Shown: positions 28,440-41,200, numbered from the stretch's first letter. The stretch is 64,000 nucleotides of DNA from Eledone cirrhosa (GCA_964016885.1 OZ024740.1:37386001-37450000); one strand, 5' to 3'. The notes: generated from the letters alone by a model not told the origin. Numbers and translations are program-made.

Positions 28440-28440
<1 letters not shown>
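28233..28440 (+). mobile_element. Hairpin-plus-tail element in (TA)n (same family as 16162-16337)
   Basis: About 62-bp arms centred near 28295 (gactc-t-gagtc). The tail is nearly identical to 16261-16330. Confidence 0.8.
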
Positions 28441-28476
<36 letters not shown>

Positions 28477-28479
<3 letters not shown>

Positions 28480-28596
28480 AAAGGCAAACAGAAATAACAA
28501 AGCAAACAACATAGTATAATGAACAAATATATTATTAGTTTTGTGCTTGATATAGTAGGAAAAGAGTCTTAACGTTTCAGATGCTAGTCCTTCATC
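28477..28596 (-). mobile_element. pLTR-like remnant with truncated hammerhead (family also at 29705-29828 on +)
   Basis: Minus strand reads GATGAaggactagcatctGAAAcgtTAagactcttttcctactatatcaagc..., running into (TA)n. Confidence 0.6.
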
Positions 28597-28599
28597 TTT

Positions 28600-28695
28600 C
28601 TCAGTCTCAGAAGATCCTGTATAGGGTGAAAACAAAAATTATTTGCTTAAACTTTAATCTGTACTAATAATGAATATTTACTCTACGGGTTTATA
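28600..28695 (+). mobile_element. TA-associated short repeat (family also at 33015-33178 and degenerate near 18780-18885)
   Basis: cagaagatcctgta-agggtgaaaaca-aaatt-tttgcttaaactt...tattt-ctctacgggtttata is shared. Confidence 0.75.
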
Positions 28696-28699
28696 TATA

Positions 28700-28738
<39 letters not shown>

Positions 28739-28757
28739 GGTAAGAAGTTATTGTTAT

Positions 28758-28872
28758 AGGTAATCTGATGAGTTGGTCAGAGGTAAATAATATAATGGAG
28801 ATCGAGTGACGCAACTTTGAGCGATTAGCGACCTCTAGACTCACCTGATCAATGAAACAATTGTCAATACCT
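28758..28872 (+). ncRNA. Type-I hammerhead ribozyme motif with a long stem-II insert
   Basis: aggtaat-CTGATGA-gttggtcag...(about 65 nt)...ctgatcaat-GAAA-caattg-TC-aatacct. Canonical GUC site at 28863-28865, AATAAA at 28875, and the whole insert lies between (TA)n tracts. Confidence 0.75.
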
Positions 28873-29281
28873 GAAATAAAGCCCCTTGTTGTACAGCCAA
28901 CCATGTTACTCTACATTCTTTCACTATATATATATAGTGTGTGTGTGGAGTCTACAATAGGAATGTTGCATGGTATTGAGGCCTGGGCGCTGTGTGCAAA
29001 AGATCTGCAAAGATTGGAAAAAAATGAAGCATACAAGCTTATATAAATATCTATGTTATCATCCCCACAACATTGGCATGTCTGTCTTGAATGTTATTGG
29101 GGTTGTAGGTCACTCATAGGATTCATTAGACATGTAATCCACAGATCTTTCATCTAAGAAGCCTGAAGGTTGGGGTTCCTTGTTGGTGACAAATTAACCC
29201 ATCATTATCATCTCCATCATATAGGTTTATGTAGGTGATAATGACATATATATATTTATACATACATACATATATATATAT

Positions 29282-29618
29282 GGAGGCACATGGCTTAGTG
29301 GTTAGAGCATTGGCCTTGCAATCGAAATGTTGTGAGTTCAATTTTCAGACCGGGTGATGTGTTGTTTCCTTGAGCAAGACACTTTATTTCACATTGCTCC
29401 AGTTTACTCAGCTGTAGAAATGAGATGATAGGGACTGGGGTCCCTATCATTCCACTGCAAAGTGGTCGTGGAGGTGCCACGGCAAAAAAGCACCCATCAC
29501 TCACTGTAAATGAGGTTGGTGTTAGGAAGGGCATCCAGCTGTAGAAATCAAGCCAGAATCAGTTCCCGTCCAACTCTTGCAAGCAGGGAAAAAGCGGATG
29601 TAAAATGACGATGATGAT
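29282..29618 (+). mobile_element. tRNA-derived SINE: tRNA head, CORE-like domain and RTE-type 3' tail
   Basis: A box tggcttagtgg, B-box-like gagttcaatt, tccttgagcaagacact, and tail gttaggaagggcatccagc...aaatgacgatgatga. A close copy lies at 62811. Confidence 0.9.
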
Positions 29619-29874
29619 ATATATATACACACACACACACAGATACTATCTCTGTGTGTGTGTATATGCTATCTTTCTATTTCATCTTTTATTTCTCATT
29701 CTATCTTCTGATTAACAATTAGTGTCCGGAAGTTTGGGCTCTTTTCCTACTATATCAAGCGTTAAACTAATATATATTTTCATTGTACTGTGTTATTTGC
29801 TTTGTTATTTCCAGTTACATTTTGCCTATCTATATATATAATATATATGTGTGTGTGTATATATATATATATAA

Positions 29875-30040
29875 GGTGAATTGGAATTGGCAGAGTCGTT
29901 AGGATGCTGGATGGAATGCTTTACGGTATTCATCCCACCTCTTTGCACACTCTGAGTTCAAATCCCGCCGTGATCAACTTTGCCTTTCATCCTTTCGAGG
30001 TTGATAAAAAAGTACCAGTCCAGTACTGGGGTCGATTCTT
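29875..30040 (+). mobile_element. tRNA-derived SINE with Meta-like domain
   Basis: gagttcaaatccc...aactttgcctttcatcctttcgaggttgataaaaaagtaccagt. Confidence 0.8.
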
Positions 30041-30194
30041 CCTCTATAAAAAAAAATAGGCTGTTTTCAGACATGGAGAAGGTTGGGCTCTGCCAAGTTT
30101 AAATGTGCCATAGACACGACGTATGACAGTGCCTCTACAACTTCACAAGAAGTTATGGTATCTTTATCCTTATCCTATTATATATATATAATAT

Positions 30195-30386
30195 AATATA
30201 GAAATGGCTTCTACAGGATTAGAACTGTTTCATTCGGAAGAAATCATCAGGAAAGCCTATGCTGATTTCTTCCGAATGAAACAGTTGTAGTCCTGTAGAA
30301 ACCATTTCTATATTAAATATTTATACTCTGCTATGTATTGAGTACCTTACTTACTGTGGTTACCCCCAATTGAACCCAAGATAAAC

Positions 30387-30388
<2 letters not shown>
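30195..30388 (+). mobile_element. Hairpin-plus-tail element in (TA)n with hammerhead-derived arms
   Basis: Arms 30195-30246 and 30263-30315. The minus arm reads CTGATGAtttcttccgaatGAAAcagttc and the plus arm GAAAcagttgTA. The tail has tattgagtac. Confidence 0.7.
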
Positions 30389-30424
<36 letters not shown>

Positions 30425-30429
<5 letters not shown>

Positions 30430-30590
30430 AAATTTGAACAGGAACAAAAACAGAGAGTCAGACAAATAAAGGTTTATTAGGTTCACGCTCTTGAGAGTGG
30501 GGGGGGGGGGGGGGCGTTTCAGGCATAAGCCCTTTTTCAGGAGAAAATTGGGTAGGAAGAGTTCCGAGGGTGTGTAGAGGAGGGGTGGAA
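30425..30590 (-). mobile_element. pLTR-like remnant with a degenerate Penelope-type hammerhead interrupted by a G/C homopolymer
   Basis: Minus strand reads ctcCTGAAAAAgggcttatgcctGAAAcg(C)n...AATAAA, then a tail into (TA)n. Confidence 0.55.
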
Positions 30591-30658
30591 AGACATACAT
30601 GTATATATATGTATATATATATGTATATATATATATGTGTATATATATATATATATAT

Positions 30659-30881
30659 AGTATAAAAGAGAAAACACAGGTAAGCATTAAGAGAAGGATT
30701 TTACCTGGATAAAATCCTTCTCTTAATGCTTACTTGTGTTTTCTCTTTTATACTTTATACTCCAAGATTGAACAAAATTCTTACAAACTAGTGGAGTTAC
30801 CCTTAACCGTATGTTGAAACCATCCATGAAACTGGCTTTCTTAACCAAGAACTGGATCACAATAAGCAATTTTTTGCTTCT

Positions 30882-30885
<4 letters not shown>
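30659..30885 (+). mobile_element. Hairpin-plus-tail element in (TA)n
   Basis: 45-bp arms (30659-30703 and 30710-30754, one mismatch) followed by an about 130-bp unique tail. Confidence 0.75.
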
Positions 30886-30946
<61 letters not shown>

Positions 30947-30985
30947 ATTAAATAAATGGAAACTATATTTATAAAACCATATTTA

Positions 30986-31047
30986 TTTCATTATATATAT
31001 TTCGGGGATATCATATTAACAATATGCTATGCCTTCCTCAGACAAAA
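30986..31047 (-). ncRNA. Degenerate type-I hammerhead motif
   Basis: Minus strand: ttttgt-CTGAGGA-aggcatagcatatt(gtt)aatatgatatcccc-GAAA-tatata(ta)-TA-atgaaataaa. Confidence 0.5.
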
Positions 31048-31149
31048 TACAATATAAACAGTTTTATAGATAAATAGATTCGACATACCGTTATAACACC
31101 GACTTCCATTTGAAGAGGTTTAAGCTGGCTCCCTATATATATATATATA

Positions 31150-31526
31150 GGGAGTGTAACTTGGAGTTACTGCAGGTTCACCCGGGTGAGCACTCGAAGT
31201 TTAGGTTCACTTCTATGATGAGGTGTAGAGCTATACAGAGTGTAATATATTGAAAGGATAACAAGGACGGTTGGTTACTCCTTCATTACATTTATTGGTA
31301 GGTGACGCGCGTTTCGCCACTGATCAGCTCAATGTTCGATCTGTATCGATCCTACCCGACTCAATAATCGGCAGCTCGACGGACTCTTTAAAATGCTAGT
31401 AGCATTTTAAAGAGTCCGTCGAGCTGCCAATTATAGAGTCGGGTAAGATCGATACAGATCAAACCTTGATTGATCTTACCTGACTCTATAATCGGCAGCT
31501 CGACAGCCCCTTTAAAATGCTAGTAG
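31150..31526 (-). mobile_element. Fold-back element with a hammerhead 3' half and triplicated arm
   Basis: Minus strand near 31290-31320 reads gtggcGAAAcgcgcgTCacctaccAATAAA. There are 70-bp arms (31329-31398 and 31400-31469, 1-nt loop) and a third direct copy at 31472-31526. Confidence 0.7.
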
Positions 31527-33014
31527 TGTGTGAGTGTGTGTAAATATCTATTTGGTAGATTAAATTGTTTGCAATAAAAAAAAAAAACATTTCAGATTTT
31601 TACTCTCTGCCAAACTTCACCTCCAATCTGATGTTCTAATTTGATGACATCGTTTGCAACTGTGGTTCGCTTCTAACAGTTTTGCTGCCTCCTTTTCATA
31701 TTACTCATCCTCCTCCTCTTCCTCCTTCCCATCATCATCATCACTCATTTTTTCATATCTGATTAACTAATCATCATTATGAACATAACCAGCATTATCA
31801 CTACCACTGTGACTGCTACCACCCCTACCATGACCACCACTACTACTTCCACTTTTTGTACTTTTCTATTGTCAGGAATGTGTGGCACATTGCCAGAAAA
31901 CCTAATGTTGAGAAACACTAGTAGTGGTGGTGGTGGTGGTGGTGGTATTTCAGTGTTGTATATGATGATGGTGATTTGTCTCAATACATGCACACACACA
32001 AACCTATGTCATAGAAACTCTAATACCTCTACAGAGACACACTTAACTCATTTATTTCCAGCCGAGTGTCTATGGCCATGCTGGAGCATCATAATTATAA
32101 ACTCAGCTAATACAATCACACTTCATTGTAAGTTAGCCTACATCTACTCTATCCTACCTTTCTTTACACTTACCCTACCTTACACCACTACCACCTAACT
32201 GTCTTTATATCCTTATGTCAGTCTGTGTGACTCTTATCTTACCTAAACCTTATTGATTTGTTTTTACTTATTCTCCTGTTGTTTTGTTCTATGTATCTAT
32301 CCCTTCATAACACCTCTTAACCAACAGAGAGCCCCTCATAAGTCAGCCAGTGAAAAAATAATATTCAATTGAATACTTACACTTGACCATGTGATGGCAT
32401 AAAAGAAATAATACATCAACTATACACTTCTAAAGTATCCAGAACTCAGTTGAATTATGGCTTTATTAGTCTCTTTACTAATAATATCTTATCCATATAT
32501 GTGTATGTGTGTGTGTGTGTGTGTTGCCAAACAAATGGCTTGGATGACCCTTCAGTTGTGTCAAAGACACCTCACTTGTGCACTCTGTAAAATGTGAGAC
32601 CATACAAAAGCAAGATGCTGAACTCCCACCTTACTCTGGCCTGTTGGGGAAATCAGTAGCTCTGCTTCAGAATTGACTTGATCTATGTAGACTCATCCAA
32701 CTCTTGCTAGCAGGGAAAGTGGACGTTAAACAATGATGATGATGATTTATATATATATATATATATATGTGTGTGTATATATATATATATTCCATTAGTA
32801 CTACTTCTCCCTGGCATAAAACCAAATCTCATTAAGATTTATTCTGTCCATAATTAATATGTGTGAGTTTTGTGATCAGTGTGCAATCCGAAAATTCAGA
32901 GTAGCAACAGTGCTGTAATAGATAATTAATCTCTACTTTGGTATTTAGTACTTTTTCCTATTGTTTATAAACCCAAGCACTTCCGTATGTGTATGCATAT
33001 CTATCTATCTAATC

Positions 33015-33171
33015 TAGCACAGATTGAAGGTTTAAGCAAACAATTTCTGTTTCCATTCTTTTACAAGATCTTCTTAAGTTGAGTTTCAGAATTTCAGAAG
33101 ATCCTGTAAAAGGGTGAAAACAGAAATTGTTTGCTTAAACTTTCAATGATAATAATAAATATTTGCTCTAC

Positions 33172-33178
<7 letters not shown>
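33015..33178 (+). mobile_element. Hairpin-plus-tail element abutting (TA)n
   Basis: Arms about 33023-33074 and 33096-33147; same family as 28600-28695. Confidence 0.75.
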
Positions 33179-33221
<43 letters not shown>

Positions 33222-33264
33222 ATAATAATAAATTTGAAGACTAAAACTTTAATCTGTTATTTTA

Positions 33265-33304
<40 letters not shown>

Positions 33305-33353
33305 TGGCATTAGCATACATCTGTGCGCTTATGTTAGTTGATATATTAAATTA

Positions 33354-33389
<36 letters not shown>

Positions 33390-33449
33390 TCTTATTGAAT
33401 ACTCTTAATTTTGGCCTTTTTATTTATTACTACTATATATAGAGAGAGA

Positions 33450-35125
33450 GAGCGAAAGAGAAGCTAGATGACAGGTATACATATCTTGGAGACAGGCTGA
33501 AAAAAGAAAGTTTGCCAATGTCTTGAGATGTGAGGACCTAAGAACTGAAGTGTTTCGCATTGCAATTTACCCAACAGGAGGACCAGCTATTAAAGTTGAC
33601 AATTATAGGGTCGAAGAAGAAATCGAAAAGATGAAGATTGGTAAAACTGCTGGACCATCACAGATAGTTGTTGAGATGCTAAAAGCATTGGGAGAAGTAG
33701 GAGTTGAACTAGTAACCCACAGAGCGAAGACAAACCCAATGATTGACACAGCAGTTCAATCATAAATTGCTACAAGGGTAAGGGTAATGCTCTAGAAAGG
33801 AGCAACTACAGAGTAATAAAACTAATGAATCAAGTTGTGAAAGTGACAGAAGGAGTTATAGCGCAACTAATTAGGGAGTCAAATTAGATGAGATGCAATT
33901 TGGTTTCATGCCTGAAATAAGTAGTGAAGCAACTTCAAGAGTAGCCACTATATTTAGTTTTTGTTGATCTAGAAAAGGCCTTTAACAGAGTATCTCGATC
34001 TATTAGCTGGTGGTCCTTAATGACATTAGGTGTAGAAGAATGGCTTGTGAGAGCAGTACAAGCCATGTACAGAGGAGCTGTCAGTAAAATGAAAGTAGGA
34101 AGTGAGTTTAGTGAGGAATTCAAGGTACAGGTAGTTGATCAAGGTTCATTTCTTAGCCCACTGCTGTTCATCCTAGTTCTCCAGGCCATAACAGGGGAAT
34201 TTAAAACTGGTTGTCCATGGGGACTTCTCTATGCAGATAATTTGGTCCTTATAGATGAATCCATAAAAGAACTAGAAAATAAGTTTTAACTATGGACGCG
34301 GAATTTGGAATCAAAGCATCTGAGAGTAAACTTAACCAAAACTAAAGTACTTGTTAGTAGGAGAGAAAATAAGACCCTAATCCCTTCAGGGAAGTGGCTC
34401 TGCTCTATATATAGAAAGCGGGTAGGCGTAAACTCCATACAGTGTACACAAGAGATGTAGTGGGATAACGGTTAGATTAACAGGAAAGATTTTGTATGTA
34501 GAAGATACACAGAAGTAATCAAAGGGAAGAGCGGCAGTGATATAAACATCTTTCAAGTCACAGGAAGGGTCAATAGAAGTGGTTGATAGCTTCTGCTATC
34601 TGGGTGACTTAATCAGTGAGTATTATAGCTAGGATAGGAAGGAAGAAGTTTAGAGAACTACTCCCGCTGTTGACAACAAAAGGTTTCTCCCTTACTAAAT
34701 GATGGCTGTGTGCGTAGTGTGATGCTGGATGGTAGTGAAACATGGGCAGTGATTGCAGATAGACTGGAGAGAAATGAAATAGCTATGCTTTTGTTGGATG
34801 TGCAGCATAAATGTGAGAGAAAGGCAGAGCTTCGATGAACTGAGGGAGAAGCTGGGTTTAAGAGGAATCTGAAGTGGTGTACAAAAGAGAAGATTGTGTT
34901 AGTATATACATGTGATGCACAAGGCTGATGATCAATGGGTGAAGAAGTGGATGGAAGCTGCAGTAGCGGTAGAGAAAGACATGGGCAGAGGTGGTGAGAA
35001 CTGACCTCAAATCGCTGAGACTCGCAGAGTAATTGACAAAAAAAAGTGGAGAAGTGTAGTGCTGAAAAGGACCCATCCAACCCATGCAAGTGTGGAAAAA
35101 TGGACGTAAAAATGATGATGATGAT
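33450..35125 (+). mobile_element. Degraded RTE-clade LINE (RT domain to 3' tail)
   Basis: FVDLEKAFNRV, QGSFLSPLLFILVL, LLYADNLVLI and a cysteine-rich region, with many frameshifts. Tail cccatgcaagtgtggaaaaatggacgtaaaaatgatgatga. Confidence 0.9.
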
Positions 35126-35284
35126 TATATATATATGCACACACACACACACACATAGTGCTTAGTATTCTTTCCTATGTTAAACAAGTCCACTTCAATA
35201 TTGAGAACTACAAACCTTTCTATTTCCACTTAATGCATCTCTTCCTGTCAATTTACCCTTCCTCTTTTCCTAATAGTTATACTG

Positions 35285-38200
35285 ACAGGTGTGTAAGATT
35301 ACATTGGACAGGTGTGTGGGATGACAGTAGTAATTAGACAAGTGTGTGTGATGACAATAGTAATTAGACAGGTGTGTGAGGTGACAGTAGTAATTAGACA
35401 GGTGAGTGAGGTGACAGTAGTAATTGGACAGGTGAGTGAGGTGACAGTAGTAATTAGACAGGTGTGTGAGGTGACAGTAGTAGTTGGACAGGTGAGTGAG
35501 GTGACAGTAGTTGGACAGGTGAGTGAGGTGACAGTAGTAGTTGGACAGGTGAGTGGGATGATAGTAGTAGTTGGACAGGTGAGTGAGGTGACAGTAGTAG
35601 TTGGACAGGTGAGTGAGGTGACAGTAGTAGTTGGACAGGTGAGTGAGGTGACAGTAGTAGTTGGACAGGTGAGTGAGGTGACAGTAGTAATTGGACAGGT
35701 GAGTGGGATGATAGTAGTAATTGGACAGGTGAGTGGGATGATAGTAGTAATTGGACAGGTGAGTGAGGTGACAGTAGTAGTTGGACAGGTGAGTGAGGTG
35801 ACTAGTAGTTGGACAGGTGAGTGAGGTGACAGTAGTAATTGGACAGGTGAGTGAGGTGACAGTAGTAATTGGACAGGTGTGTGAGGTGACAGTAGTAATT
35901 AGACAGGTGAGTGAGGTGACAGAAGTAGTTGGACAGGTGAGTGAGGTGACAGAAGTAATTGGACAGGTGAGTGAGGTGACAGAAGTAGTTGGACAGGTGA
36001 GTGAGGTGACAGTAGTAATTGGACAGGTGAGTGAGGTGACAGAAGTAGTTGGACAGGTGAGTGAGGTGACAGTAGTAATTAGACAGGTGAGTGAGATGAC
36101 AGAAGTAGTTGGACAGGTGAGTGAGGTGACAGTAGTAATTAGACAGGTGAGTGAGGTGATAGTAGTAATTGGACAGGTGAGTGAGGTGACAGAAGTAGTT
36201 GGACAGGTGAGTGAGGTGACAGTAGTAATTAGACAGGTGAGTGAGGTGATAGTAGTAATTGGACAGGTGAGTGAGGTGACAGAAGTAGTTGGACAGGTGA
36301 GTGAGGTGACAGTAGTAATTAGACAGGTGAGTGAGATGACAGAAGTAGTTGGACAGGTGAGTGAGGTGACAGTAGTAATTGGACAGGTGAGTGAGGTGAT
36401 AGTAGTAATTGGACAGGTGAGTGAGGTGACAGTAGTAATTAGACAGGTGAGTGAGATGACAGAAGTAGTTGGACAGGTGAGTGAGGTGACAGAAGTAGTT
36501 GGACAGGTGAGTGAGGTGACAGTAGTAGTTGGACAGGTGAGTGAGGTGACAGTAGTAATTAGACAGGTGAGTGAGATGACAGAAGTAGTTGGACAGGTGA
36601 GTGAGGTGATAGTAGTAATTGGACAGGTGAGTGAGGTGACAGAAGTAGTTGGACAGGTGAGTGAGGTGACAGTAGTAGTTGGACAGGTGAGTGAGGTGAC
36701 AGTAGTAATTAGACAGGTGAGTGAGGTGATAGTAGTAATTGGACAGGTGAGTGAGGTGACAGAAGTAGTTGGACAGGTGAGTGAGGTGACAGTAGTAATT
36801 AGACAGGTGAGTGAGATGACAGAAGTAGTTGGACAGGTGAGTGAGGTGACAGAAGTAGTTGGACAGGTGAGTGAGGTGACAGAAGTAGTTGGACAGGTGA
36901 GTGAGGTGACAGTAGTAGTTGGACAGGTGAGTGAGGTGACAGTAGTAATTGGACAGGTGAGTGAGGTGACAGAAGTAGTTGGACAGGTGAGTGAGGTGAC
37001 AGTAGTAATTAGACAGGTGAGTCAGGTGACAGTAGTAATTGGACAGGTGAGTGAGGTGACAGTAGTAGTTGGACAGGTGAGTGAGGTGACAGTAGTAATT
37101 AGACAGGTGAGTCAGGTGACAGTAGTAATTGGACAGGTGAGTGAGGTGACAGAAGTAGTTGGACAGGTGAGTGAGGTGACAGAAGTAATTAGACAGGTGA
37201 GTGAGGTGACAGAAGTTGTTGGACAGGTGAGTGAGATGACAGTAGTAATTAGACAGGTGAGAGATGGCAGTAGTAGTTGGACAGGTGAGTGAGGTGACAG
37301 AAGTAGTTGGACAGGTGAGTGAGGTGACAGTAGTAATTGGACAGGTGAGTGAGGTGACAGAAGTAGTTGGACAGGTGAGTGAGGTGACAGTAGTAATTAG
37401 ACAGGTGAGTGAGGTGACAGTAGTAATTAGACAGGTGAGTGAGGTGACAGAAGTAGTTGGACAGGTGAGTGAGGTGACAGTAGTAATTAGACAGGTGAGA
37501 GATGGCAGTAGTAGTTGGACAGGTGAGTGAGGTGACAGAAGTAGTTGGACAGGTGAGTGAGGTGACAGTAGTAATTGGACAGGTGAGTGAGGTGACAGAA
37601 GTAGTTGGACAGGTGAGTGAGGTGACAGTAGTAATTAGACAGGTGAGTGAGGTGACAGTAGTAATTAGACAGGTGAGTGAGGTGACAGAAGTAGTTGGAC
37701 AGGTGAGTGAGGTGACAGTAGTAATTAGACAGGTGAGTGAGGTGACAGTAGTAATTAGACAGGTGAGTGAGGTGACAGAAGTAGTTGGACAGGTGAGTGA
37801 GGTGACATAAGTAGTTGGACAGGTGAGTGAGGTGACAGAAGTAGTTGGACAGGTGAGTGAGGTGACAGTAGTAATTAGACAGGTGAGTGAGGTGACAGAA
37901 GTAGTTGGACAGGTGAGTGAGGTGACAGAAGTAGTTGGACAGGTGAGTGAGGTGACAGTAGTAATTGGACAGGTGAGTGAGGTGACAGAAGTAGTTGGAC
38001 AGGTGAGTGAGGTGACAGTAGTAATTAGACAGGTGTGTGAGGTGACAGTTGTAGTTGGACAGGTGAGTGAGGTGACAGTAGTAATTGGACAGGTGAGTGA
38101 GGTGACAGTAGTAATTAGACAGGTGAGTGAGGTGACAGAAGTAGTTGGACAGGTGAGTGAGATGACAGAAGTAGTTGGACAGGTGAGTGAGGTGACAGAA

Positions 38201-41200
38201 GTAGTTGGACAGGTGAGTGAGGTGACAGTAGTAGTTGGACAGGTGAGTGAGGTGACAGTAGTAATTGGACAGGTGAGTGAGGTGACAGTAGTAATTAGAC
38301 AGGTGTGTGAGGTGACAGTTGTAGTTGGACAGGTGAGTGAGGTGACAGTAGTAATTAGACAGGTGAGTGAGGTGACAGTAGTAATTGGACAGGTGAGTGA
38401 GGTGACAGTAGTAATTAGACAGGTGTGTGAGGTGACAGTTGTAGTTGGACAGGTGAGTGAGGTGACAGTAGTAATTAGACAGGTGAGTGAGGTGACAGTA
38501 GTAATTGGACAGGTGAGTGAGGTGACAGTAGTAATTAGACAGGTGTGTGAGGTGACAGTTGTAGTTGGACAGGTGAGTGAGGTGACAGTAGTAATTAGAC
38601 AGGTGAGTGAGGTGACAGTAGTAATTGGACAGGTGAGTGAGATGACAGTAGTAATTAGACAGGTGAGTGAGGTGACAGAAGTAGTTGGACAGGTGAGTGA
38701 GGTGACAGTAGTAATTAGACAGGTGAGTGAGGTGACAGTAGTAGTTGGACAGGTGAGTGAGGTGACAGAAGTAGTTGGACAGGTGAGAGATGACAGTAGT
38801 AGTTGGACAGGTGAGTGAGGTGACAGTAGTAATTAGACAGGTGAGTGAGGTGACAGTAGTAGTTGGACAGGTGAGTGAGGTGACAGAAGTAGTTGGACAG
38901 GTGAGTGAGGTGACAGAAGTAGTTGGACAGGTGAGTGAGGTGACAGAAGTAGTTGGACAGGTGAGTGAGGTGACAGTAGTAGTTGGACAGGTGAGTGAGG
39001 TGATAGTAGTAATTGGACAGGTGAGTGAGGTGACAGAAGTAGTTGGACAGGTGAGTGAGGTGACAGAAGTAGTTGGACAGGTGAGTGAGGTGACAGTAGT
39101 AGTTGGACAGGTGAGTGAGGTGACAGAAGTAGTTGGACAGGTGAGTGAGGTGACAGAAGTAGTTGGACAGGTGAGTGAGGTGACAGAAGTAGTTGGACAG
39201 GTGAGTGAGGTGACAGAAGTAGTTGGACAGGTGAGTGAGGTGACAGAAGTAGTTGGACAGGTGAGTGAGGTGACAGTAGTAGTTGGACAGGTGAGTGAGG
39301 TGACAGTAGTAATTGGACAGGTGAGTGAGGTGACAGAAGTAGTTGGACAGGTGAGTGAGGTGACAGAAGTAGTTGGACAGGTGAGTGAGGTGACAGTAGT
39401 AGTTGGACAGGTGAGTGAGGTGACAGAAGTAGTTGGACAGGTGAGTGAGGTGACAGAAGTAGTTGGACAGGTGAGTGAGGTGACAGTAGTAGTTGGACAG
39501 GTGAGTGAGGTGACAGAAGTAGTTGGACAGGTGAGTGAGGTGACAGTAGTAGTTGGACAGGTGAGTGAGGTGACAGTAGTAGTTGGACAGGTGAGTGAGG
39601 TGACAGAAGTAGTTGGACAGGTGAGTGAGGTGACAGTAGTAGTTGGACAGGTGAGTGAGGTGACAGTAGTAATTAGACAGGTGAGTGAGGTGACAGTAAT
39701 TAGACAGGTGAGTGAGGTGACAGAAGTAGTTGGACAGGTGAGTGAGGTGACAGAAGTAGTTGGACAGGTGAGTGAGGTGACAGAAGTAGTTGGACAGGTG
39801 AGTGAGGTGGCAGTAGTAATTAGACAGGTGAGAGATGACAGTAGTAGTTGGACAGGTGAGTGAGGTGACAGTAGTAATTAGACAGGTGAGTGAGGTGACA
39901 GTAGTAATTAGACAGGTGAGTGAGGTGACAGTAGTAATTAGACAGGTGAGAGATGACAGTAGTAATTAGACAGGTGAGTGAGGTGACAGTAGTAGTTGGA
40001 CAGGTGAGTGAGGTGACAGAAGTAATTAGACAGGTGAGTGAGGTGACAGTAGTAATTAGACAGGTGTGTGAGGTGACAGAAGTAGTTGGACAGGTGAGTG
40101 AGGTGACAGTAGTAATTGGACAGGTGAGTGAGGTGACAGTAGTAATTAGACAGGTGAGTGAGGTGACAGAAGTAGTTGGACAGGTGAGTGAGGTGACAGT
40201 AGTAATTGGACAGGTGAGTGAGGTGACAGTAGTAATTAGACAGGTGAGTGAGGTGACAGTAGTAATTGGACAGGTGAGTGAGGTGACAGTAGTAATTGGA
40301 CAGGTGAGTGAGGTGACAGAAGTAGTTGGACAGGTGAGTGAGGTGACAGTAGTAGTTGGACAGGTGAGTGAGGTGACAGTAGTAATTGGACAGGTGAGTG
40401 AGATGACAGAAGTAGTTGGAGAGGTGAGTGAGGTGACAGTAGTAGTTGGACAGGTGAGTGAGGTGACAGTAGTAGTTGGACAGGTGAGTGAGGTGACAGT
40501 AGTAATTGGACAGGTGAGTGAGGTGACAGTAGTAATTGGACAGGTGAGTGAGGTGACAGTAGTAATTAGACAGGTGAGTGAGGTGACAGAAGTAGTTGGA
40601 CAGGTGAGTGAGGTGACAGTAGTAATTGGACAGGTGAGTGAGGTGACAGTAGTAATTGGACAGGTGAGTGAGGTGACAGAAGTAGTTGGACAGGTGAGTG
40701 AGGTGACAGTAGTAGTTGGACAGGTGAGTGAGGTGACAGTAGTAATTGGACAGGTGAGTGAGGTGACAGAAGTAGTTGGACAGGTGAGTGAGGTGACAGA
40801 AGTAATTGGACAGGTGAGTGAGGTGACAGTAGTAATTGGACAGGTGAGTGAGGTGACAGTAGTAATTGGACAGGTGAGTGAGGTGACAGAAGTAATTGGA
40901 CAGGTGAGTGAGGTGACAGTAGTAATTGGACAGGTGAGTGAGGTGACAGTAGTAGTTGGACAGGTGAGTGAGGTGACAGTAGTAGTTGGACAGGTGAGTG
41001 AGGTGACAGTAGTAATTGGACAGGTGAGTGAGGTGACAGTAGTAATTGGACAGGTGAGTGAGGTGACAGTAGTAATTGGACAGGTGAGTGAGGTGACAGT
41101 AGTAATTGGACAGGTGAGTGAGGTGACAGAAGTAGTTGGACAGGTGAGTGAGGTGACAGTAGTAATTAGACAGGTGAGTGAGATGACAGTAGTAGTTGGA

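Noticed and set aside
28606-28645. cagaaga-tcct(gtat)aggg-tgaaa as a hammerhead (also 33095)
   Set aside because: Both copies read CAGAAGA rather than CTGAAGA, and no clear stem III/UH follows.
29282-29352. tRNA gene (also 62811 and the Meta-SINE heads)
   Set aside because: A/B boxes are present but the cloverleaf is degenerate, and the sequence continues into SINE core and tail.
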